Below, piece after piece: positions 28,485 to 37,339 of a stretch of DNA of 64,000 nt. The first letter of the stretch is position 1, and the number at the start of each line of letters is the position of its first letter. Origin of the DNA: a bacterium. Lineage in GTDB: Bacteria > Hydrothermota > Tepidihabitantia > SM23-42 > JAOAFX01. Where the stretch lies: assembly GCA_036796695.1 (NCBI GenBank), contig DAIRCK010000001.1, positions 16,539 to 80,538 of the forward strand, given 5' to 3'. Below the pieces are notes generated by a model. The model was given only the letters and a program-made list of their open reading frames with translations, did not search any database and was not told where the DNA came from. The position numbers were made by a program, and so were the translations under genes.

Positions 28485-29779
28485 CTCGTAAGGTCATTGA
28501 ATGTAACATAAATAATAAGCATTATAATCAGGGCAAAACCAATCTGCTGGATTACCAACCTCGTCTTTTTACTAAATCTTTTCTTTCGAATTCCTTCAAT
28601 CAATGCAATTATTATATGGCCACCGTCCAAAGCCGGAATAGGAAAGAGATTGACAAGACCGAGATTTATAGATATGACACTCAATAAACTCAATAAATTT
28701 TCAAATCCCCAGCGGGCTGATTCTCCAGTGAGTTTTGCAATAGCAATAGGACCACCAAGCGCCTTCCTTGAAATTTCGCCTTTTATTAACTGATAAAATG
28801 TTTTGAGTGTTAAATAGATCAACTCTATTGAACGATTTACTGCCATTATCACTGCCCTATTTGGTTTAATATGGATCTTCTTTAAAGGCATAACAATTCC
28901 GATTTGACCAATCGTATCTTTTAACATCGGGTCATAATAAGGAAGCGGGGTAATTACTGCTGATTTCAATTCACCGTTGTGTTTCCAGATTATATTCAAT
29001 GGCACATTTTTAGACTTACGAACTATTGATACAAAGTCATCCCAGGTTTCAATTTCCCTGCCACCTATATTTATAATCGTATCATTATTTGCCATTCCTG
29101 CTTTATATGCAGGTCCATCTATCTTAAGAGAACCAACTACGGGTGGAACAAAAGGATTTAAAATCAATGATTCAGGTTTCACAACTAAATTCATCTCTAA
29201 TATTTGACCCGCTCTTTTTAATTTAATCTTCACCACACTATCTTTTTTTGTCGCAAGGGTAGTTTCTAATTCATCCCAGTAATCAAGGACTTTTCCATTT
29301 ATAGAAATGAGTGAATCAAGATTCTGAAATCCAATTCTTTCAGCATAACTTCCATTTTCAACTTTTAAGCGCAAATGCGGATTTACATATAATCCAAAGA
29401 ACATATAAAAAACAATTAAAACAATCACTCCTGAAAAGATATTAAATACAGGGCCACTCAGAACCACCATAATCCGATGGAATAAAGGGGCTTCATAAAA
29501 ACCAGGGATTTGATTTTCAGGTGATTCAAGATTCTGTTTTGAAAAAGGAATTTCGGCATCCTCTTCACCAGCCATCTTCACATAACCACCAACCGGAAAA
29601 TAAGCAATTCTGAAATCAGTTTCGCCAATCTTTTTTTTGATTATTGGTGGTCCAAAACCAATAGAAAATTTTTCCACCGGGATATTGAATATTTTGGCAA
29701 ATAAAAAATGACCAAATTCATGGATGGTAATCGAAAAACCGAGGATAAAAAGAAAAGCAATCACTGTTATCAAAAACAC
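28481..29779 (-). CDS. rseP: RIP metalloprotease RseP with PDZ domains
   Basis: HEFGH, NLFPIPALDGGH; GTG 29779 with GGAGG SD. Confidence 0.93.
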   Translation of the reverse strand: MFLITVIAFLFILGFSITIHEFGHFLFAKIFNIPVEKFSIGFGPPIIKKKIGETDFRIAYFPVGGYVKMAGEEDAEIPFSKQNLESPENQIPGFYEAPLFHRIMVVLSGPVFNIFSGVIVLIVFYMFFGLYVNPHLRLKVENGSYAERIGFQNLDSLISINGKVLDYWDELETTLATKKDSVVKIKLKRAGQILEMNLVVKPESLILNPFVPPVVGSLKIDGPAYKAGMANNDTIINIGGREIETWDDFVSIVRKSKNVPLNIIWKHNGELKSAVITPLPYYDPMLKDTIGQIGIVMPLKKIHIKPNRAVIMAVNRSIELIYLTLKTFYQLIKGEISRKALGGPIAIAKLTGESARWGFENLLSLLSVISINLGLVNLFPIPALDGGHIIIALIEGIRKKRFSKKTRLVIQQIGFALIIMLIIYVTFNDLTR

Positions 29780-30918
29780 TTTGCCTCCCTTTTTTTGATC
29801 TCTGAAAGGACAAATTCTTTCGCCCATATTTCAGCCTGTCTGTATTCTTCAATACCCCCTGATACAGGCTTGTGGGCTGACATTGTTCTTTTTATAACAG
29901 CGGGGATTTCCTGAAATTTTAATCTGTCATCAAGAAATGCCCTGACCGCTGCCTCATTTGCACCATTGAGCACAGCAGGCATACTTTTACCTATCATCAA
30001 TGCTTCATACGCGAACTTTAACCCGGGGAATTTTTTATAATCTGGAGTTAGAAAATGTAACTTTTTTATTTTATCAAGTTCTATTGATTTTACAAGTGAT
30101 GGCATTCTCTCTGGAGTTGTCAATGCATATTGTATGGGCAACTTCATATCAGGTTTAGAAAACTGACCGATTAAAGTTCCATCAATAAATTGAACCAGAG
30201 AATGGCAGAATGCCTCAGGGTGGATAACGACCTTTATCTTCTCTGGTGGAACACCAAAAAGATGGTGTGCTTCAATTATCTCAAGTGCCTTATTCATCAT
30301 TGTCGCAGAATCAACAGTTATCTTTTTACCCATATTCCAGACAGGATGGTTTAATACATCAGACTTACGAACATTTTTGATTGATTTATTTAAAAATGGA
30401 CCCCCACTCGCCGTGAGAATGATCTTATCAATTTCAGTTGATTTTCTACCTTCAATACATTGGTATATTGCTGAGTGTTCGCTATCTACCGGTATCAATT
30501 CTGCATTATTTTTTTTCACCTCTTTCATTACGATCTCACCAAAACTCACAAGCACCTCTTTTGTTGCCAGGCAGATTCTCAAACCCTTTTTTATTGCTTT
30601 AAGAATTGCATATATACCAATCGCACTTGAAAATGCAGCAACGAGAATATCAGCCTTAGTTCTTTCTATCATCTCGCATAATCCTTGTTCACCAAAAAAA
30701 ATCCTTTTTTGCACAAAAGAATTTTTTAATTCACTGTAGTATTTTTTTTCAACCAAAACCGCATACTCTGGTCTGAATTCATTTATCTGCTGGCTCAAAA
30801 GTCTATAATTTGAATAAGTTGCCAGACCAACAATTTTATAATCTTTTAGATTTTTCAATACCCTTGTTGTATTTAATCCAATTGAACCTGTGGAACCAAA
30901 TATTATAACTTTTTTCAT
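29770..30918 (-). CDS. dxr: 1-deoxy-D-xylulose-5-phosphate reductoisomerase
   Basis: GSTGSIG, PVDSEHSAI, LTASGGPF, GKKITVDSATMMNK. Confidence 0.97.
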   Translation of the reverse strand: MKKVIIFGSTGSIGLNTTRVLKNLKDYKIVGLATYSNYRLLSQQINEFRPEYAVLVEKKYYSELKNSFVQKRIFFGEQGLCEMIERTKADILVAAFSSAIGIYAILKAIKKGLRICLATKEVLVSFGEIVMKEVKKNNAELIPVDSEHSAIYQCIEGRKSTEIDKIILTASGGPFLNKSIKNVRKSDVLNHPVWNMGKKITVDSATMMNKALEIIEAHHLFGVPPEKIKVVIHPEAFCHSLVQFIDGTLIGQFSKPDMKLPIQYALTTPERMPSLVKSIELDKIKKLHFLTPDYKKFPGLKFAYEALMIGKSMPAVLNGANEAAVRAFLDDRLKFQEIPAVIKRTMSAHKPVSGGIEEYRQAEIWAKEFVLSEIKKREAKCF

Positions 30919-31577
30919 AATTTCTTTTTAAGAAATTCTAAATCCTTTTTCGTCGTTATTTTAATATTATCCGACTCACCCTCAAAAACAAACACGTCCA
31001 TTCCTGCATTCTCAATGATACCCGCCTCATCAGTAAATTCATTTTTCAAATTAACTTTTTTATAAGCCGCGCGCAGATATTTAATGTTAAAAAATTGTGG
31101 CGTTTGTATTGCATAGGGTGAAATTCGTGGGACCGTGCAAATAACCTTATTTCTTCTAACAAGTTTCAAGGTATCAAATATTGGTATCCCGAATATAACT
31201 GCCTTATATTTTCTGCATAACTTTATGCCATGTTCTATTAATCTCTGGGTAATAAATGGTCTCACCGCATCATGAATAATCACAAAACCTTCCCTATCTT
31301 TTATAACCTTAAAACCATTAAAAACTGAATCCTGCCTTCTTTTGCCACCAGAAACAATTTTATAAATTTTTTTAAAACCAAATTTTTTCATTAATTTTTC
31401 AGTCTTTTTAACCATATCTTTAGGCACAACAACTATTATCTCATCGACAAGTTTGTTTTTTTCAAAACATTCTGCAGTATGAACAATAAGCGGTTTACCC
31501 TGAAACTCAATAAACTGTTTCAAACCGCCAAATCGTCTTCCTTTTCCAGCACCGACAATAATTGCAAAAACCTTCAC
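30915..31577 (-). CDS. ispD: 2-C-methyl-D-erythritol 4-phosphate cytidylyltransferase
   Basis: GAGKGRRFG..KQF, IHDAVRPF, QTPQFF, NIKITT; start reassigned to GTG 31577. Confidence 0.95.
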   Translation of the reverse strand: MKVFAIIVGAGKGRRFGGLKQFIEFQGKPLIVHTAECFEKNKLVDEIIVVVPKDMVKKTEKLMKKFGFKKIYKIVSGGKRRQDSVFNGFKVIKDREGFVIIHDAVRPFITQRLIEHGIKLCRKYKAVIFGIPIFDTLKLVRRNKVICTVPRISPYAIQTPQFFNIKYLRAAYKKVNLKNEFTDEAGIIENAGMDVFVFEGESDNIKITTKKDLEFLKKKL

Positions 31578-31582
31578 ATAAA

Positions 31583-31610
31583 AATATAACCAGAATATGA
31601 CAAAAGTCAA
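31583..31610 (-). promoter_or_regulatory. sigma70-like promoter TTGACT-N16-TATATT, 5 nt before ispD GTG
   Basis: The TTG start in the ORF track at 31610 coincides with the -35 hexamer. Confidence 0.6.
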
Positions 31611-31635
31611 CAGGTTGAAGGATTATAAAATATGC

Positions 31636-31663
31636 TTGACTTAATAAAAAAAATTTGTATTAT
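31636..31663 (+). promoter_or_regulatory. sigma70-like promoter TTGACT-N16-TATTAT, 5 nt before ATG 31669
   Basis: Motif read directly. Confidence 0.6.
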
Positions 31664-31668
31664 ATAAT

Positions 31669-32928
31669 ATGCTACTAATTTTTATGCTACTAAATTCTTC
31701 CTGCATCATTATAACCGAAGTGATGTCCAATGTAAAAGGACCGGAAACTCCTTATGGAGATAGGAATGAATTTATAGAAATTTATAATCAGAGTCCAGAT
31801 ACGGTTGACCTGAGTAACTATTTAATTTCCGATTTTGATGCGAATCCGGATGAAATCTGTGCCTGGGAGAATGAATCAATCCTGTTTAAATATCCAGATG
31901 TTCGTATCCATTCAACTATTATATATCCATTTTCTTATGGCCTTATCCTTGATAGAGAATACATAGTTCCAGATTCAATAAACTGCCAACCCTACAATAT
32001 CCCATCAGGAACCCTGATATTAACCACTGATGACACATCAATCGGAGATGGTCTGGCGACAAACGACCCGATAATAATATTCTCCACGGTCGATGCCTGC
32101 ACCACGAGTTTTGGCACACCATACATCCAGGATAACTTTCCCCGCGACCCTGGTGACGGAATTTCCTGGGAAAGGATTGATTATTACCTGCCTGATACCG
32201 CTACCAACTGGCATCCCAGTATCAATCCTGGAGGTTGCACACCAGGCTATAAAAATAGCGTAACTGATGCATTTGACCTTGGTTTAGATGAAAATTTGAT
32301 TTCATTTATTCCGGCAAAAGTTGAAACTGGTGAAGATGTAAAGATAAACATCGGAATAATAAACTCTGGAATAAGACCAACAATTGATTATACACTATCG
32401 ATATTTGATGATAAAAATAATAACAGAATACTTGAGCAATCTGAATTATTATGTAATATAGCCGGTGAACCTGTCAGTGCATTTGATACAATTTTTCTCT
32501 ACTATGAATACATAAAACCATATCAGGGGGAACACAATCTTGGGTTCAAAATTGAATTTGCCGAGGACAAAAATTTAAATAATAATACAGCATTTAAGAA
32601 ATTGCTTGTGCTCGGCAAGATTGGTGAATTATGCCTTACTCCAGCAATATTTACACCTGACGGAGATGGTATTAATGATAATCTTCAGATTGACTATAGA
32701 TTACCCCAGCCTGGTGGTGAACTCACGCTATCAATATATGATTCAAGGGGCATTAAAATCTATGACTTATGTAAGGGTAAGGTTGTTGATTCTGATAAAG
32801 GAACACTCTTCTGGAACGGCGCGACATTAAAAAGTAAGGTACCTACCGGAATGTATATCATTTATCTTGAATACCATTATCAAAACAAAATAACAAAAGC
32901 AAAGAAGACCGCAGTATTGGCACGCTGA
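31669..32928 (+). CDS. Exported protein: lamin-tail-like domain, CARDB-like Ig domain, gliding-motility/CHU_C-type C-terminal domain
   Basis: IIITEVMSN..EFIEIYN; FTPDGDGIND; KVPTGMYII..KAKKTAVLAR. Confidence 0.75.
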   Translation: MLLIFMLLNSSCIIITEVMSNVKGPETPYGDRNEFIEIYNQSPDTVDLSNYLISDFDANPDEICAWENESILFKYPDVRIHSTIIYPFSYGLILDREYIVPDSINCQPYNIPSGTLILTTDDTSIGDGLATNDPIIIFSTVDACTTSFGTPYIQDNFPRDPGDGISWERIDYYLPDTATNWHPSINPGGCTPGYKNSVTDAFDLGLDENLISFIPAKVETGEDVKINIGIINSGIRPTIDYTLSIFDDKNNNRILEQSELLCNIAGEPVSAFDTIFLYYEYIKPYQGEHNLGFKIEFAEDKNLNNNTAFKKLLVLGKIGELCLTPAIFTPDGDGINDNLQIDYRLPQPGGELTLSIYDSRGIKIYDLCKGKVVDSDKGTLFWNGATLKSKVPTGMYIIYLEYHYQNKITKAKKTAVLAR

Positions 32929-32939
32929 ATCATAGATAC

Positions 32940-32967
32940 TTGACTTTATCAAAAACAAGCATAAAAT
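32940..32967 (+). promoter_or_regulatory. sigma70-like promoter TTGACT-N16-TAAAAT
   Basis: Motif read directly. Confidence 0.6.
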
Positions 32968-32976
32968 TATTTGCCT

Positions 32977-33645
32977 ATGAATTATATCGGTGTTGTGATA
33001 CCTGCATATAATGCAGAAAAAAGTATCGGTGGAATCATAAAATCATTAATAGAATCCGGTTTTGAACCGAATACGATAATCGTGGTTGATGATGGTTCAA
33101 AAGACAGAACTGTAGCGGTTGCATTGGACTACAGGGTTGATGTATTAACTAATGAAAAAAATTTAGGAAAAGGCGCATCACTAAATAGGGGATTTAAAAG
33201 GGCGATATCAAAAGGACTCAAAAAGGTTTTTACCATTGATGCTGATGGGCAACACAGGACCTCTGATATAAAAAAATTTTTAAAAATAGAAAATGAGTAT
33301 GACCTAATTATAGGGATGAGGCTTAAAAACTCACCTGATATGCCCTTTATAAGGCGGATTGTCAATAGAACCACATCTCTGGTCATCTCGTTATTAGGTA
33401 AAAAATATGTCCCTGATGTCCAATCCGGATTCAGATTGATTGATTTAAAAATTTTTGATAAAATCCAGTTGAAAACCAAAAATTTTCAGACTGAATCTGA
33501 ACTCGTTTATAAGGCAGTAAAAAATGGTTATCGTCTTGGATTCGTTCCGATAGCAACACTTTATAATAGTGAAAGGAGTTATATAATGCCTTTAATTGAT
33601 ACAATAAGATTTATAAATATGGCGGTAAGGTTCTTATGGGTTTAA
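32977..33645 (+). CDS. GT2 glycosyltransferase (DPM1-like)
   Basis: VVIPAYNAE, VVDDGSKD, DADGQH, DVQSGFR. Confidence 0.9.
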   Translation: MNYIGVVIPAYNAEKSIGGIIKSLIESGFEPNTIIVVDDGSKDRTVAVALDYRVDVLTNEKNLGKGASLNRGFKRAISKGLKKVFTIDADGQHRTSDIKKFLKIENEYDLIIGMRLKNSPDMPFIRRIVNRTTSLVISLLGKKYVPDVQSGFRLIDLKIFDKIQLKTKNFQTESELVYKAVKNGYRLGFVPIATLYNSERSYIMPLIDTIRFINMAVRFLWV

Positions 33646-34376
33646 TATTATTAACAAATGATGATGGCTATGATGCTGCAGGGCTCCAGGCACTTTATAA
33701 AGAATTAAAGAATAATAAATTTGAAGTCTTTGTCTCAGCACCCCGTTTTCAACAGAGTGGTTCAAGCCATTCTCTTACCCTGCGTCGTCCCATAAGGGTT
33801 GAGAAATTGAAGAATGAATTTTTTGTTGTTGACGGGACTCCAACGGATTGTGTATTACTCGCCTATCATGATCTTGTTCGTAATAAAGAGATAGAAATGG
33901 TCGTTTCAGGCATAAACCACGGTCCAAATATGGGGAGTGATGTATTCTATTCTGGCACTGTCGCTGCCGCACTCCAGGCCGGTACACTCGGAATAAAAAA
34001 GGCACTTGCACTTTCGCTTTCCGGTGAGAGTTACAACAATTTTGACAGTGCGGTTAAATATTCAATAAATTTAATACAGAGACTCCTTGATAAAGCTATT
34101 CAAAATTTTATTCTCAATGTGAACATTCCAGAAAAGGAAATAAAAGGGGAAAAGGTTACAAGAATGGGCAGAAGGATATACCGGGATAAGGTTTTAAGAG
34201 ATGTAGAACAGAATGACGTAATGTATAGTGTTATTGATGGTGTTCTTGATTACCATATTGATACGGATACCGATTTTGAGGCGATTGAGAATAACTTTGT
34301 CTCAATCACACCACTAAAACTCGACCTTACCGATTATGAGAATATGAAGAATTTAAAAGAAGTTTTAGTTAAGTAA
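33636..34376 (+). CDS. surE: 5'/3'-nucleotidase SurE
   Basis: LTNDDG, GTPTDCV, SGINHGPN, YSGTVAAA. Confidence 0.96.
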   Translation: MGLILLTNDDGYDAAGLQALYKELKNNKFEVFVSAPRFQQSGSSHSLTLRRPIRVEKLKNEFFVVDGTPTDCVLLAYHDLVRNKEIEMVVSGINHGPNMGSDVFYSGTVAAALQAGTLGIKKALALSLSGESYNNFDSAVKYSINLIQRLLDKAIQNFILNVNIPEKEIKGEKVTRMGRRIYRDKVLRDVEQNDVMYSVIDGVLDYHIDTDTDFEAIENNFVSITPLKLDLTDYENMKNLKEVLVK

Positions 34377-34597
34377 AACTTCGTTCGCAATCATTACTAT
34401 AATATAGAAACATATTAGATCAAGACTCAAATACTCTTTCTTACTTATTCTTTACCAATCGACCCAACACACTATAAAGTAAAAAGATTAAATCATTTTT
34501 TTACAATTTTCTAATTTAAGCATAACTTTTTTTTATCGTTTTCAGATAAAACTAATCTCTGGGATAGTACCCGTATCTATCCCTTTATTTTTTCAAC

Positions 34598-35584
34598 TTA
34601 GATTTTGTAAATTATTAGGTTAGACCCATCTGTCATATATATATAACCATTAGCTACATAAAAATCTAAAATCGGACCCTCGTAACAATATCGCCCACAA
34701 ATTTTAGGGAGATTTAAATTATTAAACATAATCAATCCTTTAAGTGAGTTTAACACAAATATGTAAGAGTCAGTAGCGATAACCTTATCAACAAATCCTT
34801 CAATTTCAAAACAACACACCTCATGTAAATTTGAAGGTTTAGAAATATTAATTATCCTTAAACCGGCAAAATCATCGGCAACATAGGCATAAGAATCTTT
34901 AACACAAATGTTCCAGCAATATCCTGGGGTATTATAAAAACCAACTTCACGGGGACTTGAGGGATTCGAAATATCTATTATACGGATGCCCTCATCCCAA
35001 TCAGCAATATAAGCATACGAGGTTAATACATTTATGTCACAACAGTATCCAGGGCTATCATAATAACCAACTTCAATAGGATTTGCTGGATCCAATATAT
35101 TGAGAATACGAAGCCCTGCGTCCCAATCAGCAACATATGCATATGAACCAGAAACATAAACACTCATTGCGCGTTCTGTAATATAATGCCCAATATTTTC
35201 AACATCTGTTGGCTTCTTTATAGACCAAATTTCAATACCTTGTTCACCTTCTGCAATATAAAGTGTCTGAGTTTTATGATCGTAAAAAATTTTTTCGATC
35301 ATCCCTTTTGTGCGAATTTCTACAGGGATTTTATACGGATTGTTTGAATTTGTAACATTAATAATATAAACCCTATTATTGGTCCCACAAAAAACTAAAT
35401 TCCTTGACGAATCAAAACTGATTGAATTTAAATAATCAATTTTCAATTTGAATAAAGGTTTAAAATCGGAAAAAACGGACTCAGAACTTTGCATTCTCTT
35501 AAAATTTCTTTTATCCACTTCATACAATGTTTGCGCTAAAACTATGGAGTTAATTAATAACACAAGAAAGAATTTTTCCTTCAT
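34598..35584 (-). CDS. Secreted LVIVD-repeat beta-propeller protein
   Basis: Signal peptide; repeats VSGSYAYVADWDAGLRILNI.DP.NP.EVG.Y. Confidence 0.85.
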   Translation of the reverse strand: MKEKFFLVLLINSIVLAQTLYEVDKRNFKRMQSSESVFSDFKPLFKLKIDYLNSISFDSSRNLVFCGTNNRVYIINVTNSNNPYKIPVEIRTKGMIEKIFYDHKTQTLYIAEGEQGIEIWSIKKPTDVENIGHYITERAMSVYVSGSYAYVADWDAGLRILNILDPANPIEVGYYDSPGYCCDINVLTSYAYIADWDEGIRIIDISNPSSPREVGFYNTPGYCWNICVKDSYAYVADDFAGLRIINISKPSNLHEVCCFEIEGFVDKVIATDSYIFVLNSLKGLIMFNNLNLPKICGRYCYEGPILDFYVANGYIYMTDGSNLIIYKI

Positions 35585-35609
35585 AATGCCTCCCAGCTGT
35601 TATTTCTGT

Positions 35610-35969
35610 TCATATTTTAATTCCAAGGATCGAAGCAATCTTGGATTTCAGAATTTCTGGCGGAGTATTTTTTAGGATAAATCGGTCTCCAAGCAACGTC
35701 TTTGCCTTTTGGGCAAGTTCTTTTTCAGGGTAGGCAGTGATGATGATCACCTTTTCTTTATCCTTTGCCGCCCAGTATATGTCAAGCCCGGTAACATCAT
35801 TCAAAAATAAATCGGTTATTATCAAATCATATGAGTTTTCTCTTATTCTATTGAGTGCCTGATTACCATTTGAGATTCCTTCAACTCTGTAGTCCTTTTC
35901 AAGGATTAAATACAAAGAATGAAGAACTACCAAATCGTCATCAACGATTAGTATCTTCTTCATAAACAC
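35610..35969 (-). CDS. Stand-alone response regulator (single REC)
   Basis: ILIVDDD, DLIITD, IIITAY. Confidence 0.85.
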   Translation of the reverse strand: MFMKKILIVDDDLVVLHSLYLILEKDYRVEGISNGNQALNRIRENSYDLIITDLFLNDVTGLDIYWAAKDKEKVIIITAYPEKELAQKAKTLLGDRFILKNTPPEILKSKIASILGIKI

Positions 35970-36143
35970 CTACCATTTTTTTAAATGCAATCTTTTTATC
36001 TTTGCACGTAGACTTTTTCGGCTCATATTTAAAAGTTTTGATGCATCATCAAATCGCCAGTTCACAATATTCAAAATTGTCCTTATATACATTTCTTCAG
36101 CCTTTTTCTTAATATTATTAATCTTTTTCAATTCTACTTTCAT
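35970..36143 (-). CDS. 57-aa Fis-type HTH protein
   Basis: Below ORF-track cutoff: MKVELKKINNIKKKAEEMYIRTILNIVNWRFDDASKLLNMSRKSLRAKIKRLHLKKW; stop abuts the RR start. Confidence 0.7.
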   Translation of the reverse strand: MKVELKKINNIKKKAEEMYIRTILNIVNWRFDDASKLLNMSRKSLRAKIKRLHLKKW

Positions 36144-36175
36144 TATTTTATTTTTTTAATCTTAACAGGTTAAAC

Positions 36176-36225
36176 AGGGCGGAAGGTTATTTTAATTTTA
36201 TACATTAATCCTCCACTTCCGCCCT
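36176..36225 (-). promoter_or_regulatory. Leader hairpin (10-bp perfect IR AGGGCGGAAG/CTTCCGCCCT) overlapping an 11-aa uORF
   Basis: IR 36176-36185/36216-36225; GGAGG-N4-ATG 36205 to TAA 36170. Confidence 0.45.
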
Positions 36226-36249
36226 TTTACTCTACCCAAAAATATTACT

Positions 36250-36265
36250 TGCAAATTTCGTGCCA
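36250..36265 (-). promoter_or_regulatory. sigma54 -24/-12 promoter TGGCACGAAATTTGCA
   Basis: Exact match to TGGCACG-N4-TTGCW. Confidence 0.85.
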
Positions 36266-36324
36266 GAGATGGTGAATAAAAAGTGATGAAATTTCAAGAG
36301 ATTTTTAATGAGATTTTTTGTTTG

Positions 36325-36456
36325 TGTGAGGAAAAAGTTCACACCAATCTTAATTTTGAATGGGTAAATGCCGAAAACCTATTGAAATTTCAAGAGAATT
36401 AGGCAGATTTGGTATGTGTGATAAATTACATCACAGATGTGAGGTAAAAATTCACG
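36325..36456. promoter_or_regulatory. Three TGTGA-N9-TCAC(A/G) palindromes, candidate bEBP enhancer sites
   Basis: 36325-36343, 36417-36435, 36438-36456; 60-190 nt upstream of the sigma54 promoter. Confidence 0.65.
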
Positions 36457-36940
36457 GAGATTCGCCAACCCTTGAAATTACAGCCTTATAAATTTCATCA
36501 CTTATATAGAATTTTTTTTCCCTGAGTTCATCAAGCAGTGGTTTTACTTTTTTTATTAACCCCAATCTTTTGAAAACCACCAATAAACCAAGAGTGCCAA
36601 TCACTTTGAATCCCGCTGCTATCGCTGAATTTCTTGCCTTCTCCTCATCAATTAAAACCCAATCCGCGTTAATCTCTTTTGCCAGAATTAGTACCTCAGA
36701 TTCGCCATAGCCCAATTCTTCGGATAGTAGGGCGACTTCTATTTGACTCTTTACTTTCTTTACATTGAGCCATTTAGCCTTCGCAACTTCCTTAGATGCG
36801 GGTTTATTTTTACCCTCTATAACCACTTCTTGATACACCTTTTGGGGTATAAATATCTCAGTAAATATCCTTTGCAGATAAACTAACTTACCAATTTTAC
36901 TTAAACCAATCAGAACTGTAGAGTTGGCAACTGCCTTCAC
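36452..36940 (-). CDS. PIN-domain toxin, DUF3368-like
   Basis: VANSTVLI, LGYGESE, VLIDE, GTLGLL. Confidence 0.85.
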   Translation of the reverse strand: MKAVANSTVLIGLSKIGKLVYLQRIFTEIFIPQKVYQEVVIEGKNKPASKEVAKAKWLNVKKVKSQIEVALLSEELGYGESEVLILAKEINADWVLIDEEKARNSAIAAGFKVIGTLGLLVVFKRLGLIKKVKPLLDELREKKFYISDEIYKAVISRVGESP

Positions 36941-37230
36941 TTTTTTGTTTTATTTGCGAGCAAATTTGCATTTTTCAATTCAGTTTGGAGATTTGATTCA
37001 TCATAATTGATTACTGGAATCCGGTTTTTGCCAAGAAATTCAATAAATTCCCATAGGGACATCTGGGCTACAATAGCAGATTTTCTAAGGGTAAGCACTT
37101 TATTTTGAAAAAGTTTTAAAGCCAACAATTCCCTTGATTCTTTTGCAATTAGTTCTTTTGTATAACCATGAGATGATAGCGCGCGATACGCCTCTTCCGA
37201 TAATTCAATTATTGTTTGCACTTTTGCCAT
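36937..37230 (-). CDS. UPF0175-like antitoxin
   Basis: ALKLFQNKVLTLRKSA..MSLWEFIEFL; ATG 37230 with AAGGAG SD. Confidence 0.8.
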   Translation of the reverse strand: MAKVQTIIELSEEAYRALSSHGYTKELIAKESRELLALKLFQNKVLTLRKSAIVAQMSLWEFIEFLGKNRIPVINYDESNLQTELKNANLLANKTKK

Positions 37231-37246
37231 ATTTCTCCTTGGCGAT

Positions 37247-37274
37247 ATTATATTCATAAAATGAAAGAAGTCAA
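37247..37274 (-). promoter_or_regulatory. sigma70-like promoter TTGACT-N16-TATAAT for the TA pair
   Basis: Motif read directly. Confidence 0.7.
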
Positions 37275-37339
37275 TAATAATTCTGCATTAAAAATTTTCT
37301 CCCAGTTGGGCTGAATTTTTTGGTGCTACTATATTCTGT

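Noticed and set aside
32918-32933. TGGCACG as a sigma54 promoter
   Set aside because: No TTGC -12 element, and it lies within a coding 3' end.
34554-34582. Hairpin GGGATAG..CTATCCC after the LVIVD gene as an intrinsic terminator
   Set aside because: No U-tract follows on the coding strand; left unassigned.
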